A stretch of 64,000 nt of DNA from Eledone cirrhosa (Eukaryota), in contig OZ024757.1 in NCBI GenBank assembly GCA_964016885.1, forward strand, positions 4,154,001 to 4,218,000, read 5' to 3'. Position numbers and translations under genes: made by a program. A model generated the notes under the pieces. It did no database searches, had not been told where the DNA came from, and saw nothing but the letters and a program-made list of their open reading frames with translations. Shown piece by piece: positions 39,131 through 54,789 of this stretch. Position 1 is the first letter of the stretch. Every line of letters starts with the position of its first letter.

Positions 39131-39535
39131 ATTCTAATCGCAGACTTAGTACGAGTGATGATGAACGTGTGCCGCATGTGCGACCCAACAGAAATGGAAA
39201 GAGACATCCAACACTTCATCAACCGCATGCAGATCTCTGGCTACAACCAAAGAGACAGAATCAAAGTATACAAAGGGGCCACGGAGAAGTATAAGGCCCT
39301 CATAGAACTGGACATGAAAGGAATTTGCCCATTAGACAGGAGCAAATCATGGAATAGCTTAGATAGGACTAAACTTAAGATAGGGAAAGCCACCTCATGG
39401 TACGACATCCAGAGATACCAGAGTGTCATATTCGTGGACGCTACCCCTGGAGGGAGATTAGCCAACCAATGTAGAAAGGCCCCGAGAAAGACCCGCTTAA
39501 AAATTAAGGTGGTAGAAAAGCCAGGAACTACCATA
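39131..39535 (+). pseudogene. PLE family C RT thumb/linker, inverted relative to the GIY-YIG part
   Basis: ILIADLVRVMMN...RMQISGY...CPLDRSKSW...SWY...SVIFVDATPGGRLA...IKVVEKPGTTI, then (TA)n. Confidence 0.88.
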
Positions 39536-39870
39536 TATATATATATATATATTTATATATGTGTGTATATATGTGTGTATATAAATATTTATATGTATAT
39601 ATTTATATATGTATATATATAATGTACCACCATACACCATGGAATTGGATTATTCTATTGGCACATATGTGTATATATTATATGTATATATTTATATATG
39701 TATATATGTGTATATGTATATTTTTATATATGTATATTTTTATGTATATATGTATATATGTGTGTGTGTGTGTATGTGTGTAAATGTGTGTATATGTATA
39801 TATGTGTGTGTGAATACATGTGTGTGTATATATATATATATATATAAAGAGAGAGGGGGGAGAGAGAGAT
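39534..39870. repeat. Degenerate (TA)n/(TG)n/(GA)n microsatellite
   Basis: Direct inspection. Confidence 0.9.
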
Positions 39871-40206
39871 AGGTGGGTTAGTATTTGATTTAGTATCCTG
39901 TATTTATTGCCTGTCTTAGTATTGTTGAAGCTGAGTTTTTACAGATAAACAAATTAACAAAACAGCAACGCCATTTCAAAGAACGTACTGCCGTTTCACA
40001 ATCCTAGATTACTTCCGGTGAAGGATTCTGTTAATTAGCAACCCACTTCCGCTTTCCTAAGGTTTTTTTCATTTCCTTCAGCCATGTTGAAATTGTTCAT
40101 TGTCTCACATTCATTTATTTATTTATTGGTGGCGAATATTTTTCCACCCTTGACTAATTATATTTTTTTCTAAATGATTTTGACTTGCTATAGATTTTGT
40201 ATATAC

Positions 40207-41160
40207 AAGCGGCGAATTGGTAGAGTGGTTAGAATGGTAGTGTGGTTAGAACGTCAGATAGAATGGTAGAGTGGTTAGAACGTCAGATAGAATGATATAG
40301 TGGTTAGAACGTCAGATAGAATGGTAGAGTGGTTAGAACGTTTGATAGAATGGTAGAGTGGTTAGAACGTCAGATAGAATGGTAGAGTGGTTAGAACGTC
40401 AGATAGAATGGTAGAGTGGTTAGAACGTTTGATAGAATGGTAGAGTGGTTAGAACGTCAGATAGAATGGTAGAGTGGTTAGAACGTTTGATAGAATGGTA
40501 GAGTGGTTAGAACGTCAGATAGAATGGTAGAATCGTTAGAACGTCAGATAGAATGGTAGAGTGGTTAGAACGTCAGATAGAATGGTAGAGTGGTTAGAAC
40601 GTCCGATAGAATGGTAGAATCGTTAGAACGTCAGATAGAATGCTAGAGTGGTTAGAACGTCAGATAGAATGGTAGAGTGGTTAGAACGTTTGATAGAATG
40701 GTAGAGTGGTTAGAACGTCAGATAGAATGGTAGAGTGGTTAGAACGTCAGATAGAATGGTAGAGTGGTTAGAACGTCAGATAGAATGGTAGAGTGGTTAG
40801 AACGTTTGATAGAATGGTAGAGTGGTTAGAACGTCAGATAGAATGGTAGAATCGTTAGAACGTCAGATAGAATGGTAGAGTGGTTAGAACGTCAGATAGA
40901 ATGGTAGAGTGGTTAGAACGTCCGATAGAATGGTAGAATCGTTAGAACGTCAGATAGAATGCTAGAGTGGTTAGAACGTCAGATAGAATGCTTTGTAATA
41001 TTACTTCCGGCTCGCTGCTTCCTGAGTTCAAATCTCGCCGAGGTCAACTTTGCATTTCATCCTTTGAAATTCGATAAAAAAATAACTATCTGTCTAATAC
41101 TGGCGTCGATTCTTCCTCCCCCTTTCTCTCTCCCAATTTATCCTTCTCTGGAAGAAATCT
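40207..41160 (+). mobile_element. tRNA-derived SINE with tandemly amplified 5' segment
   Basis: Head GCGGCGAATTGGTAGAGTGG; B-box GAGTTCAAATC at 41024-41034; body GCCGAGGTCAACTTTGCATTTCATCC...CGATAAAA similar to the 27737 SINE; 3' edge approximate. Confidence 0.85.
40235..40988 (+). repeat. 29-bp minisatellite TGGTAGAGTGGTTAGAACGTCAGATAGAA x26
   Basis: 754 bp / 29 = 26 units, no spacers. Confidence 0.97.
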
Positions 41161-41381
41161 GTCCTATTCAGGCCTGGAGAGGCGATTGGCTTCTCCGGGT
41201 GTTAAAATGCCCTAGAAACGCTATATGTCAATATGCCGTTTCTACGACTCCATCGGGAGTTACAGGATCATACATGACATACCATTTATTTATTATTTTT
41301 AAATGTCATTTTTTTAGTTTGTTAAATCTTCACTGCTTTGTGTGTGTGCGTGTGTGGGTGGGGGGGGGGGGGCGTGTGTGT

Positions 41382-41415
<34 letters not shown>

Positions 41416-42096
41416 ACTCTGGGCGAGAAATTCATTAACTTTTCGCACCATCGAGTGTTTTGTGACTGCCTCAAGAAATTCGGTTGCTATCTTCCCTACT
41501 GTAGCTACAATTTTGATTTATACTTGGTAGGAAATGGAAAACGTCGGCGTAAGGAAGCTGATAAAACAGCAAAATGCCCTCGAAACGGCGTTGGATAAAA
41601 CACTACTTCGAAGGACAGAAATCAGCGACTGGAAGTGAGTTGACCCGAAGATTCCATTTTCATAAGAATTCAAAACTCGATGTTCGAGTTAATGTTCGTT
41701 TCATTTATACCTATTATAATATGTTCCAAGTTTTATACGATTGACTAATAACTTGGTTATTTCGTTTATAACTACTAGTTTGAAAGCTTACATTGGGGCT
41801 GTAAAAATCTCTTTGTTTACTTAATGAATTACTTACCTAAAGTTCTATCACGTGACCGTTCTCTTTTAGGGGAGATCATGTGGTAATGCAAGAACGTTTA
41901 CTACTACGGGATATCGTTTCCCTGATTTTGTGAGAAAACCACAGGGGCTCCTATTGAAAGAAGATCTGCTGAGGAAAGGACTCCAGCTCATTACACAACA
42001 GGTTGTTAGGCGCACGTACGACTTACATGGGCATATTGGAATGGTAGTGCAATACCAGTTGCAATATGCCTCTGCAAGTCGTAGGATGTGGTGGTT

Positions 42097-45000
42097 ATAT
42101 ACTATAGCTATATATATACTATATACTATAGCTACATATGTACTATATACGATAGCTACATATACACTATATACTATAGCTACATATATACTATATACTA
42201 GAGCTATATATATATATACTATAAACTATAGCTATATATATACTATATACTATAGCTATATATATACAATATACTATAGCTACATATATACTATATACTA
42301 TAGCTACATATATACTATATACTATAGCTACATATATACTATATAATATAGCTACATATATACTATATACGATAGCTACATATGCACTATATACTATAGC
42401 TAAATATATACTATATACTAGAGCTATATATATATATACTATATACTATAGCTACATATATACTATATACTATAGCTACATATATAGTATATACTATAGC
42501 TAGATATATACTATAGACTATAGCTATCTCTATACTATATACAATAGCTATATATATACAATATACTACAGCTACATATATACTATATACTATAGCTATA
42601 TATATATACTATATAATATAGCTACATATATATTATATACTATAGCCATATATATTCTATAGCTATATATATACTATATAATATAGCTCGATATATACAA
42701 TATACTACAGCTACATATATACCATATACTATAGCTACATATATACTATAGCTACATATAAATATATACTATAGCTACATATATGCTATATACTATAGCT
42801 ATATATATACTATATACTATAGCTATATATATACTATATACTATAGCTACATGTATACTATATACTATAGCTATATATATATACCATATACTCTAGCTAT
42901 ATATAATATTTACTATAGTTATATATATATACCATATACTATAGCTATATATATACTATATACTATAGCTATATATATACTATACACTATAGCTATATAT
43001 ATAAACCAAATACTATATATATATATATATACTATAGCTATATATATACTATAGCTACATATATATGCCATATAATATAGCTATATATATACTATATACT
43101 ATAGCTATATATATACTATAGCTACATATATACTATAGACTATAGCTATATATATACAATATGCTATAGCTACATATATACTATATACTATATCTATACC
43201 ATATACTATAGCTACATATATATTATATATTATAGCTACATATATACCATATACTATAGCTACATATATAATATATACTATAGCTATATATATACTATAT
43301 ATTATAGCTATATATATTCTATAGCTATATATATACTGTATACTATAGCTACATATATAGTATATACTATAGCTACATATATAGTATATACTATAGCTAT
43401 ATATATTCTGTAGCTACATATATACTATATACTATAGCTACATATATACTATATACTATAGCAATATATATATCCCATATACTATAGCTATATATATACT
43501 ATATACTATAGCTACATATATATTATATACCATAGCTACATATATACTATTTACTATAAGTATATATATACAATATAATATGGCTACATATATACCATAT
43601 AATATAGCTATATATATATACTATATCTATATATATATATATATTATAGCTACATATATACTATATACTATAGCTATATATATACTATATACTATGGCTA
43701 CATATATAACATATACTAAAGGTATATATATACTACAGCTATATATATGCTATAGCTACATATATACTATATTCTATAGCTATATATATACTATATACTA
43801 TAGCTATATATATATACTATATACTATAGGTACATATATACAATATACTGTAGCTACATATAGACCATATACTATAGCTGCATATATACTATACACTATA
43901 GGTGTATATATACTATAGAGTATAGCTACATATATATTACATACTATAGCTATATATATCGTATATACTATAGCTATATATATATATATATATACTATAA
44001 ACTTTAGCTACATATATACTATATACTATAGCAATATATATATATACCATATACTATAGCTATATATATACTATATACTAGAGTTATATATATACTATAT
44101 ACTATAGCTATATATATACTCTAGCTACATATATATTATATACTATAGCTACATATATACAATATATAATAGCTATATATATTCTATACCTACATATATA
44201 TTATATACTATAGCTACATATATAATATACACTATAACTATATATATATACCATATACTATAGCTATATATAAACTATATACTATAGCTACATATATATA
44301 CTATATACCATAGCTACATATATATACTATATACCATAGCTACATATATATAATATATACCATAGCTACATATATACCATATACTATAGCTATATATATA
44401 CTATAGCTATATATATACTATACCTACATATATATTATATTCTATAGCTATGTATATACTATAGCTACATATATACTATAGCTACATATATATATATATA
44501 TACTATGGCTATATATATACTATAGCTATATATACTATAGCTACATATATACTATATTCTATAGCTATATATACTATATACTACAGCTGTATATATATAT
44601 ATACTATATACTAGAGCTACATATATACTATAGTTACATATATACTATATATATTAGCCATATATATAATATAGCTACATATATACTATAGCTATATATA
44701 CACCATATACTATAGCTGCATATATACTATACACTATAGCTATATATATACTATATAATATAGCTATATGTGTACTATATACTATAGCTATATCTATACT
44801 ATATACCATAGCTACATATATTCTATATACTATAACTACATATATACTATATACTATAGCTACATATATACTTTATACTATAGCTATATATATACTATAT
44901 ACAATAACTATATATATACTATAGCTACATATATACTATGTCCTATAGCTATATATACTATATACTATAGCTACATACATACTATATACTATAGATATAT

Positions 45001-48000
45001 ATATTCTACAGCTATCTATATACTATATTCTATAACTACATATATACTATATACTATAGCTACATATATACTTTATACTATAGCTATATATATACTATAT
45101 ACAATAACTATATATATACTATAGCTACATATATACTATGTCCTATAGCTATATATACTATATACTATAGCTACATACATACTATATACTATAGATATAT
45201 ATATTCTACAGCTATCTATATACTATATTCTATAACTACATATATACTATATACTATAGCTATATATATACTATATACTATAGCTAAGTATATACTATAT
45301 ACTATAGCTATATATATATACTATAGCTACATATATACTATATTCTCTAGATATATATATACTATAGCTACATATATACTATATCTACATATATAATATA
45401 TACTATAGCTATATATATGTTATATACTATAACTATATATATACTAGAGTTACATATATACTATATAGTATAGCTATATATATACTATATAATATAGCTA
45501 CATATATACTATATACTATAGCTATATATATACTATATACTTTAGCTATAAATATACTATATACTATAGCTATATTTATACTATAGTTACATATACATTA
45601 TATACAATAGCTACATATATACAATATACTATAGCTATATATATTCTATACCTACATATATATTATATACTATAGCTACATATATAATATATAATATAGC
45701 TATATATATATACCATATACTATAGCTATATATAAACTATATACTATAGCTACATATATATACTATATACCATAGCTACATATATATACTATATACCATA
45801 GCTACATATATACTATATACTATAACTATATATATAGTATATACTATAGCTACATATATACCATATACTATAGCTATATATATACTATAGCTATATATAT
45901 ACTATAACTACATATATATTATATTCTATAGCTATGTATATACTATAGCTACATATATACTATAGCTACATATATATATATATACTATGGCTACATATAT
46001 ACTATAGCTATATATATACTATAGCTACATATATACTATATTCTATAGCTATATATACTATATACTAGAGCTATATATATATATACTATATACTATAGCT
46101 ACATATATACTATAGTTACATATATACTATATACATTAGCCATATATATAATATAGCTACATATATACTATAGCTATATATAGACCATATACTATCGGTG
46201 CATGTATACTAAACACTATAGCTATATATATACTATATACTATAGTGACATATATACTATATACTATAGCTATATATATTCTATATAATATAGCTACATA
46301 TATACTATATACTATAGCTATATCTATACTATATACCATAGCTACATATATTCTATATACTATAACTACATATATACTATATACTATAGCTACATATATA
46401 CTATATACTATAGCTATATATACTATATACTATAGCTACATACATACTATATACTATAGATATGTATATTCTACAGCTATATATATACTATATACTATAA
46501 CTACATATATATTATATACTATAGCTATATATATGATATAGCTAAATATATACTATATACTATAGCTATATATATATACTATAGCTACATATATACTATA
46601 TTCTATGGATATATATATACTATAGCTACATATATACTATATCTACATATATAATATATAAAATAGCTATATATATGCTATATACTATAACTACATATAT
46701 ACTAGAGTTACATATATACTATATAGTATAGCTATATATATACTATATAATATAGCTACATATATACCATATACTATAGCTATATATATACTATATACTA
46801 TAGCTATAAATATACTATATATTATAGCTAGATATATACAATATACTATAGCTATATATATACTATATACTAGAGCTATATATATACTATAGCTACATAT
46901 ACACTATATACAATAGCTATATATGCTATATACTATAGCTATATATATATTATATGCTATAGCTACATATATACCGTAGCTATATATATACTATATACTA
47001 TACCTATATATATATATACTATATACTAGAGCTATATATATACTATATACTATAGCTATATATATATATACTATATACTAGAGCTATATATATACTATAT
47101 ACTATATCTATATATATACTATACACTATAGTTATATATACTATCTGCTATAGCTACATATATACTATATACTATAGCTAAATGTATATATACTATATAC
47201 TATAGCTACATATATACTATATACTATAGCTATATATATACTATATAATATAGCTATATATATACTATATACTATAGCTATATCTATACTATATACCATA
47301 GCTACATATATTCTATATACTATAACTACATATATACTATATACTATAGCTACATATATACTATATACTATAGCTATATATATACTATATAAAATAACTA
47401 TATATATACTATAGCTACATATATACTATGTCCTATAGCTATATATACTATATACTATAGCTACATACATACTATATACTATATATATATATTCTACAGC
47501 TATATATATATACTATATACTATAACTACATATATACTATATACTATAGCTATATATATACTATATACTATAGCTAAATATATACTATATACTATAGCTA
47601 TATATATATACTATACCTACATATATACTATATTCTATAGATATATATATACTATAGCTACATATATACTATATCTACATATATAATATATACTATAGCT
47701 ATATATATGTTATATACTATAACTATATATATACTATATAATATAGCTACATATATAATATACTATATAGTATAGCTATATATATACTATATAATATAGC
47801 TACATATATACTATATTCTATAGCTATATTTATACTATAGTTACATATAGACTATATACAATAGCTACATATATACAATATACTATAGCTATATATATTC
47901 TATACCTACATATATATTATATACTATAGCTACATATATAATATATACAATAGCTATATATATATACCATATACTATAGCTATATATAAACTATATACTA

Positions 48001-51000
48001 TAGCTACATATATATAAAATATACCATAGCTACATATATATACTATATACCATAGCTACATATATACTATATACTATAGCTATATATATAGTATATACTA
48101 TAGCTACATATATACCATATACTATAGCTATATATATACTATAGCTATATATATACTATAACTACATATATATTATATTCTATAGCTATGTATATACTAT
48201 AGCTACATATATACTATAGCTACATATATACTATAGCTACATATATATATATATATACCATGGCTATATATGTACTATAGCTATATATATACTATAGCTA
48301 CATATATACTATATTCTATAGCTATATATACTATATACTAGAGCTATATATATATATACTATATACTATAGCTACATATATACTATAGTTACATATATAC
48401 TATATACATTAGCCATATATATAATATAGCTACATATATACTATAGCTATATATAGACCATATACTATCGGTGCATATATACTATACACTATAGCGATAT
48501 ATATACTATAGCTACATATATACTATATACTATAGCTATATATATACTATATAATATAGCTACATATATACTATATACTATAGCTATATCTATACTATAT
48601 ACCATAGCTACATATATTCTATATACTATAACTACATATATACTATATACTATAGCTACATATATACTATATACTATAGCTATATATATACTATATATTA
48701 TAGCTCTATATATACTATATACAATAACTATATATATACTATATACTATAGCTACATATATACTATGTCCTATAGCTATATATACTATATACTATAGCTA
48801 CATACATACTATATACTATAGATATATATATTCTACAGCTATATATATACTATATACTATAACTACATATATACTATATACTATAGCTATATATATAATA
48901 TAGCTATATATATACTATATACTATAGCTATATATATATACTATAGCTACATATATACTATATTCTATGGATATATATATACTATAGCTACATATATACT
49001 ATATCTACATATATAATATATAAAATAGCTATATATATGCTATATACTATAACTACATATATACTAGAGTTACATATATACTATATAGTATAGCTATATA
49101 TATACTATATAATATAGCTACATATATACCATATACTATAGCTATATATATACTATATACTATAGCTATAAATATACTATATATTATAGCTAGATATATA
49201 CAATATACTATAGCTATATATATACTATATACTAGAGCTATATATATACTATAGCTACATATACACTATATACAATAGCTATATATGCTATATACTATAG
49301 CTATATATATATTATATGCTATAGCTACATATATACCGTAGCTATATATATACTATATACTATACCTATATATATATATACTATATACTAGAGCTATATA
49401 TATACTATATACTATAGCTATATATATATATACTATATACTAGAGCTATATATATACTATATACTATATCTATATATATACTATACACTATAGTTATATA
49501 TACTATCTGCTATAGCTACATATATACTATATACTATAGCTAAATGTATATATACTATATACTATAGCTACATATATACTATATACTATAGCTATATATA
49601 TACTATATAATATAGCTATATATATACTATATACTATAGCTATATCTATACTATATACCATAGCTACATATATTCTATATACTATAACTACATATATACT
49701 ATATACTATAGCTACATATATACTATATACTATAGCTATATATATACTATATAAAATAACTATATATATACTATAGCTACATATATACTATGTCCTATAG
49801 CTATATATACTATATACTATAGCTACATACATACTATATACTATATATATATATTCTACAGCTATATATATATACTATATACTATAACTACATATATACT
49901 ATATACTATAGCTATATATATACTATATACTATAGCTAAATATATACTATATACTATAGCTATATATATATACTATACCTACATATATACTATATTCTAT
50001 AGATATATATATACTATAGCTACATATATACTATATCTACATATATAATATATACTATAGCTATATATATGTTATATACTATAACTATATATATACTATA
50101 TAATATAGCTACATATATAATATACTATATAGTATAGCTATATATATACTATATAATATAGCTACATATATACTATATTCTATAGCTATATTTATACTAT
50201 AGTTACATATAGACTATATACAATAGCTACATATATACAATATACTATAGCTATATATATTCTATACCTACATATATATTATATACTATAGCTACATATA
50301 TAATATATACAATAGCTATATATATATACCATATACTATAGCTATATATAAACTATATACTATAGCTACATATATATAAAATATACCATAGCTACATATA
50401 TATACTATATACCATAGCTACATATATACTATATACTATAGCTATATATATAGTATATACTATAGCTACATATATACCATATACTATAGCTATATATATA
50501 CTATAGCTATATATATACTATAACTACATATATATTATATTCTATAGCTATGTATATACTATAGCTACATATATACTATAGCTACATATATACTATAGCT
50601 ACATATATATATATATATACCATGGCTATATATGTACTATAGCTATATATATATTATAGCTACATATATACTATATTCTATAGCTATATATACTATATAC
50701 TAGAGCTATATATATATATACTATATACTATAGCTACATATATACTATAGTTACATATATACTATATACATTAGCCATATATATAATATAGCTACATATA
50801 TACTATAGCTATATATAGACCATATACTATCGGTGCATATATACTATACACTATAGCGATATATATACTATAGCTACATATATACTATATACTATAGCTA
50901 TATATATACTATATAATATAGCTACATATATACTATATACTATAGCTATATCTATACTATATACCATAGCTACATATATTCTATATACTATAACTACATA

Positions 51001-52652
51001 TATACTATATACTATAGCTACATATATACTATATACTATAGCTATATATATACTATATATTATAGCTCTATATATACTATATACAATAACTATATATATA
51101 CTATATACTATAGCTACATATATACTATGTCCTATAGCTATATATACTATATACTATAGCTACATACATACTATATACTATAGATATATATATTCTACAG
51201 CTATATATATACTATATACTATAACTACATATATACTATATACTATAGCTATATATATAATATAGCTATATATATACTATATACTATAGCTATATATATA
51301 TACTATAGCTACATATATACTATATTCTATGGATATATATATACTATAGCTACATATATACTATATCTACATATATAATATATACAATAGCTATATATAT
51401 GCTATATACTATAACTATATATATACTAGAGTTACATATATACTATATAGTATAGCTATATATATACTATATAATATAGCTACATATATACTATATACTA
51501 TAGCTATATATATACTATATACTATAGCTATAAATATACTATATACTATAGCTAGATATATACAATATACTATAGCTATATATATACTATATACTAGAGC
51601 TATATATATACTATAGCTACATATACACTATATACAATAGCTATATATGCTATATACTATAGCTATATATATATTATATGCTATAGCTACATATATACCG
51701 TAGCTATATATATACTATATACTATAGCTATATATATATATACTATATACTAGAGCTATATATATACTATATACTATAGCTATATATATATACACTATAT
51801 ACTAGAGCTATATATATACTATATACTATATCTATATATATACTATACACTATAGTTATATATACTATATGCTATAGCTACATATATACTATATACTATA
51901 GCTAAATTTATATATACTATATACTAGAGCTATATATATACTATATACTATAGCTACATAAATATTATAGCTACAAATATACTATATACTATAACAATAT
52001 ATATTCTATAGCTATATATATACCCTGTACTATAGCTCGATATATACTATATACTATAGCTAGATATATACTATATACTATAGCTACATATATACTATAG
52101 CTATATATATATACCATATACTCTAGCTATATATATACTATTTACTATATCTATATATATATACCATATTCTATAGCTATATATATATACGATATGCTAT
52201 AGCTACATATATACTATATAATATAGCTATATATATATATACTATATACTAGAGCTATATATATACTATATACTATAGCTACATATATACTATATACTAT
52301 AACAAAATATATTCTATAGTTATATATATACCCTATACTATAACTCGATATATACTATATACTATAACAACATATATACTATATGCTATTGCTATATATA
52401 TATCCCATATACTATAGCTATATATATACTATATACTATAGCTGCATATATACTATATACCATAGCTATATATATACTATATACTATAGCTACATATATA
52501 CTATATAATATAGCTATATATATACTATATACAATAGCTATATATATATTATATACTATAGCTACATATATACTATATCCTATAGCTATATATACTATAT
52601 ACCATAGCTACATATATACTATATCGTATAGCTATATATATAAACCATATAC

Positions 52653-52716
<64 letters not shown>

Positions 52717-52989
52717 TATAGCTATATATATATTCTATAGCTACATATATACTATAGCTACATATATACTATATACTATATCTACATATATAATATACTA
52801 TAGCTATACATATGCTATATAATATCACTATATATATACTAGAGCTACATATATTCTATAGCTATATATAAACTATAGCTACATATATACTATATCTACA
52901 TATAATATATACTATAGCTATATATATGCTATATACTATAACTATATATATACTAGAGCTACATATATACTATATAGTATAGCTATATA
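42097..52989. repeat. AT-rich ~24-bp satellite (CTATATA-CTATAG-CTACATATATA) with variable subunits
   Basis: 8-aa periodic pseudo-ORFs (ATYILYTI)n; 2362-bp higher-order period. Confidence 0.96.
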
Positions 52990-53700
52990 TCATCATTATC
53001 TATAATCTATAATTATCTATAAAAGGCAGATTTTTGTGTCTGTATGTATGTTTCAATTTTATACATTTACACAATTCCAAAAATATTGAATGAATAATTA
53101 AGCAGAATGTTTACAAATATTCTAATTTGGGTCATGGGCGATCTTATTGGCTAAAAAATGCCACAATTACGGAAAAACCGATTTATTTCAACAATCGATG
53201 ATTTCTCCTCTCTCATATGATATACGTTTCCTATATCTACTCCCATTCATCACCTCCCCTTAAAATTGCTACCTTCTCTTATAAGTGTTTGTGAAAAAGA
53301 GAAACATTGAAAAAAAACATATACACACATATATGTGAGTACATACACACACATATATGTTGGTATGGTTACGATTGACGTCATAGAAACAGGAATGCGG
53401 GAATTTCAATCAATCAATGCATACACAGTTTGTTTTAGAAATAACAATAGCATATAATAATAAAGAGATCGGCCTTACACTTTCAAACTAAATTTTTCTG
53501 TATAAGTAACTTTAACCCTTTATTTTCGACATAAAAATACACACATACATACAAATACCTGTAATTTTTTTTTTTTTGGCGGGGGGGCTTTCTTATCAAT
53601 CTTTTTACATTCAATTATCAGCCTTATACTTTCAAAGTCAATTTTTATGTTGAAGTAACTTTCAACCTTTAATACATACATACATACATGCATACATACA

Positions 53701-53734
<34 letters not shown>

Positions 53735-53744
53735 CATACATACA

Positions 53745-54350
53745 TGGTGGCTGCCAACTCGTTTTCGAGTACGGCCACTACTTTATATCCATGTAGGAGA
53801 ACCCCTACAGAAGCGCTGAACAAGTGACTTTTTAGTCCAGCCAGCGACTTGAAAACTCTGGTACAAACACTACACTTGTGACAATTATTGAGACATAGTG
53901 CTGGACCCATGGTACCATGTGATGACAAGTGCAGAGAGATCTCCAGATATAAAGCAATGCCTGTGCCGTGAAGCTTTTATAGTGAGCAAAGGCACTGCAC
54001 AAAGCCAGTCCCACTCTCTTAACCAAGATGATATTTACCAAAAAGAAGAACAAGTCAACATCATTGGATACCATCAGGGTTGCAGGTGTTATATCAGAGT
54101 TTTCCTTCTCCTAGAATTCTGCCTTGACAAAGGCTAAGGGGTCATCTCTCCCGGTGATTTTGGATGGCCATTGACTCTTAAGAGCTCCTTTGCCCTTTGA
54201 CAGGTTTTGTTTTTAGTCCTGCAGGATGTCCAAAGTCACCCTGCTCACCAGGAAACCTTGGTGGGGTTGCCAGATTAGTCGTCAACGACCCGACCATGAG
54301 ACAGGTTGTACTGGGATACATGTTACCAGTAGCACCAACTGGTGACCTGA
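53745..54350 (-). mobile_element. RTE-like non-LTR remnant (5' region joined to 3' zinc-finger end) with (TATG)n tail, nested in the Helitron
   Basis: Minus strand CHKCSVCTRVFKSLAGLKSH, tetranucleotide tail 53673-53744, TACA repeats also at the other end; clade assignment from memory of RTE-type ends. Confidence 0.6.
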
Positions 54351-54789
54351 CATACATACACTTAATTTACACACACATCGGCCTTACACTTTCATACACA
54401 CATACATATACACACATACATACAAATACCTGTCACTTAATTTACACACACATCGGCCTTACACTTTCAAACTATATTTTTCTGTAGAAGTAACTTTAAC
54501 CCTTTCTTTTCAACATAAAAATACACACATACATACAAATACCTGTACATTTTTTTTTTTGGGGGGGGGGGGGGGCTTTCTTATCAATCTTTTTACATTC
54601 AATTATCAGCCTTATACTTTCAAAGTCAATTTTTTATGTTGAAGTAACTTTCACCCTTTATTTTTCGATACCCATTTACTTACTAACATTTGTATCACAA
54701 CAACAATAACAATATTAATAAACAGACAGTAGACTTTCAAAGTCAATTTTTCTGTAGAAGTAACTTTCACCCTTTCTTTTGGACATAAA

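Noticed and set aside
40235-40988. CRISPR array, tRNA cluster or telomeric repeat
   Set aside because: Head-to-tail 29-mers without spacers; no cloverleaf; GGTTAG occurs once per unit, not as (TTAGGG)n.
54240-54350. HDV-like ribozyme at the 5' end of the RTE-like insert (GTCG-ttga-CGACTAA-TCTGG on the minus strand)
   Set aside because: P4 and J4/2-like pieces are visible, but no convincing P1 and P1.1 could be built by eye; needs a descriptor search.
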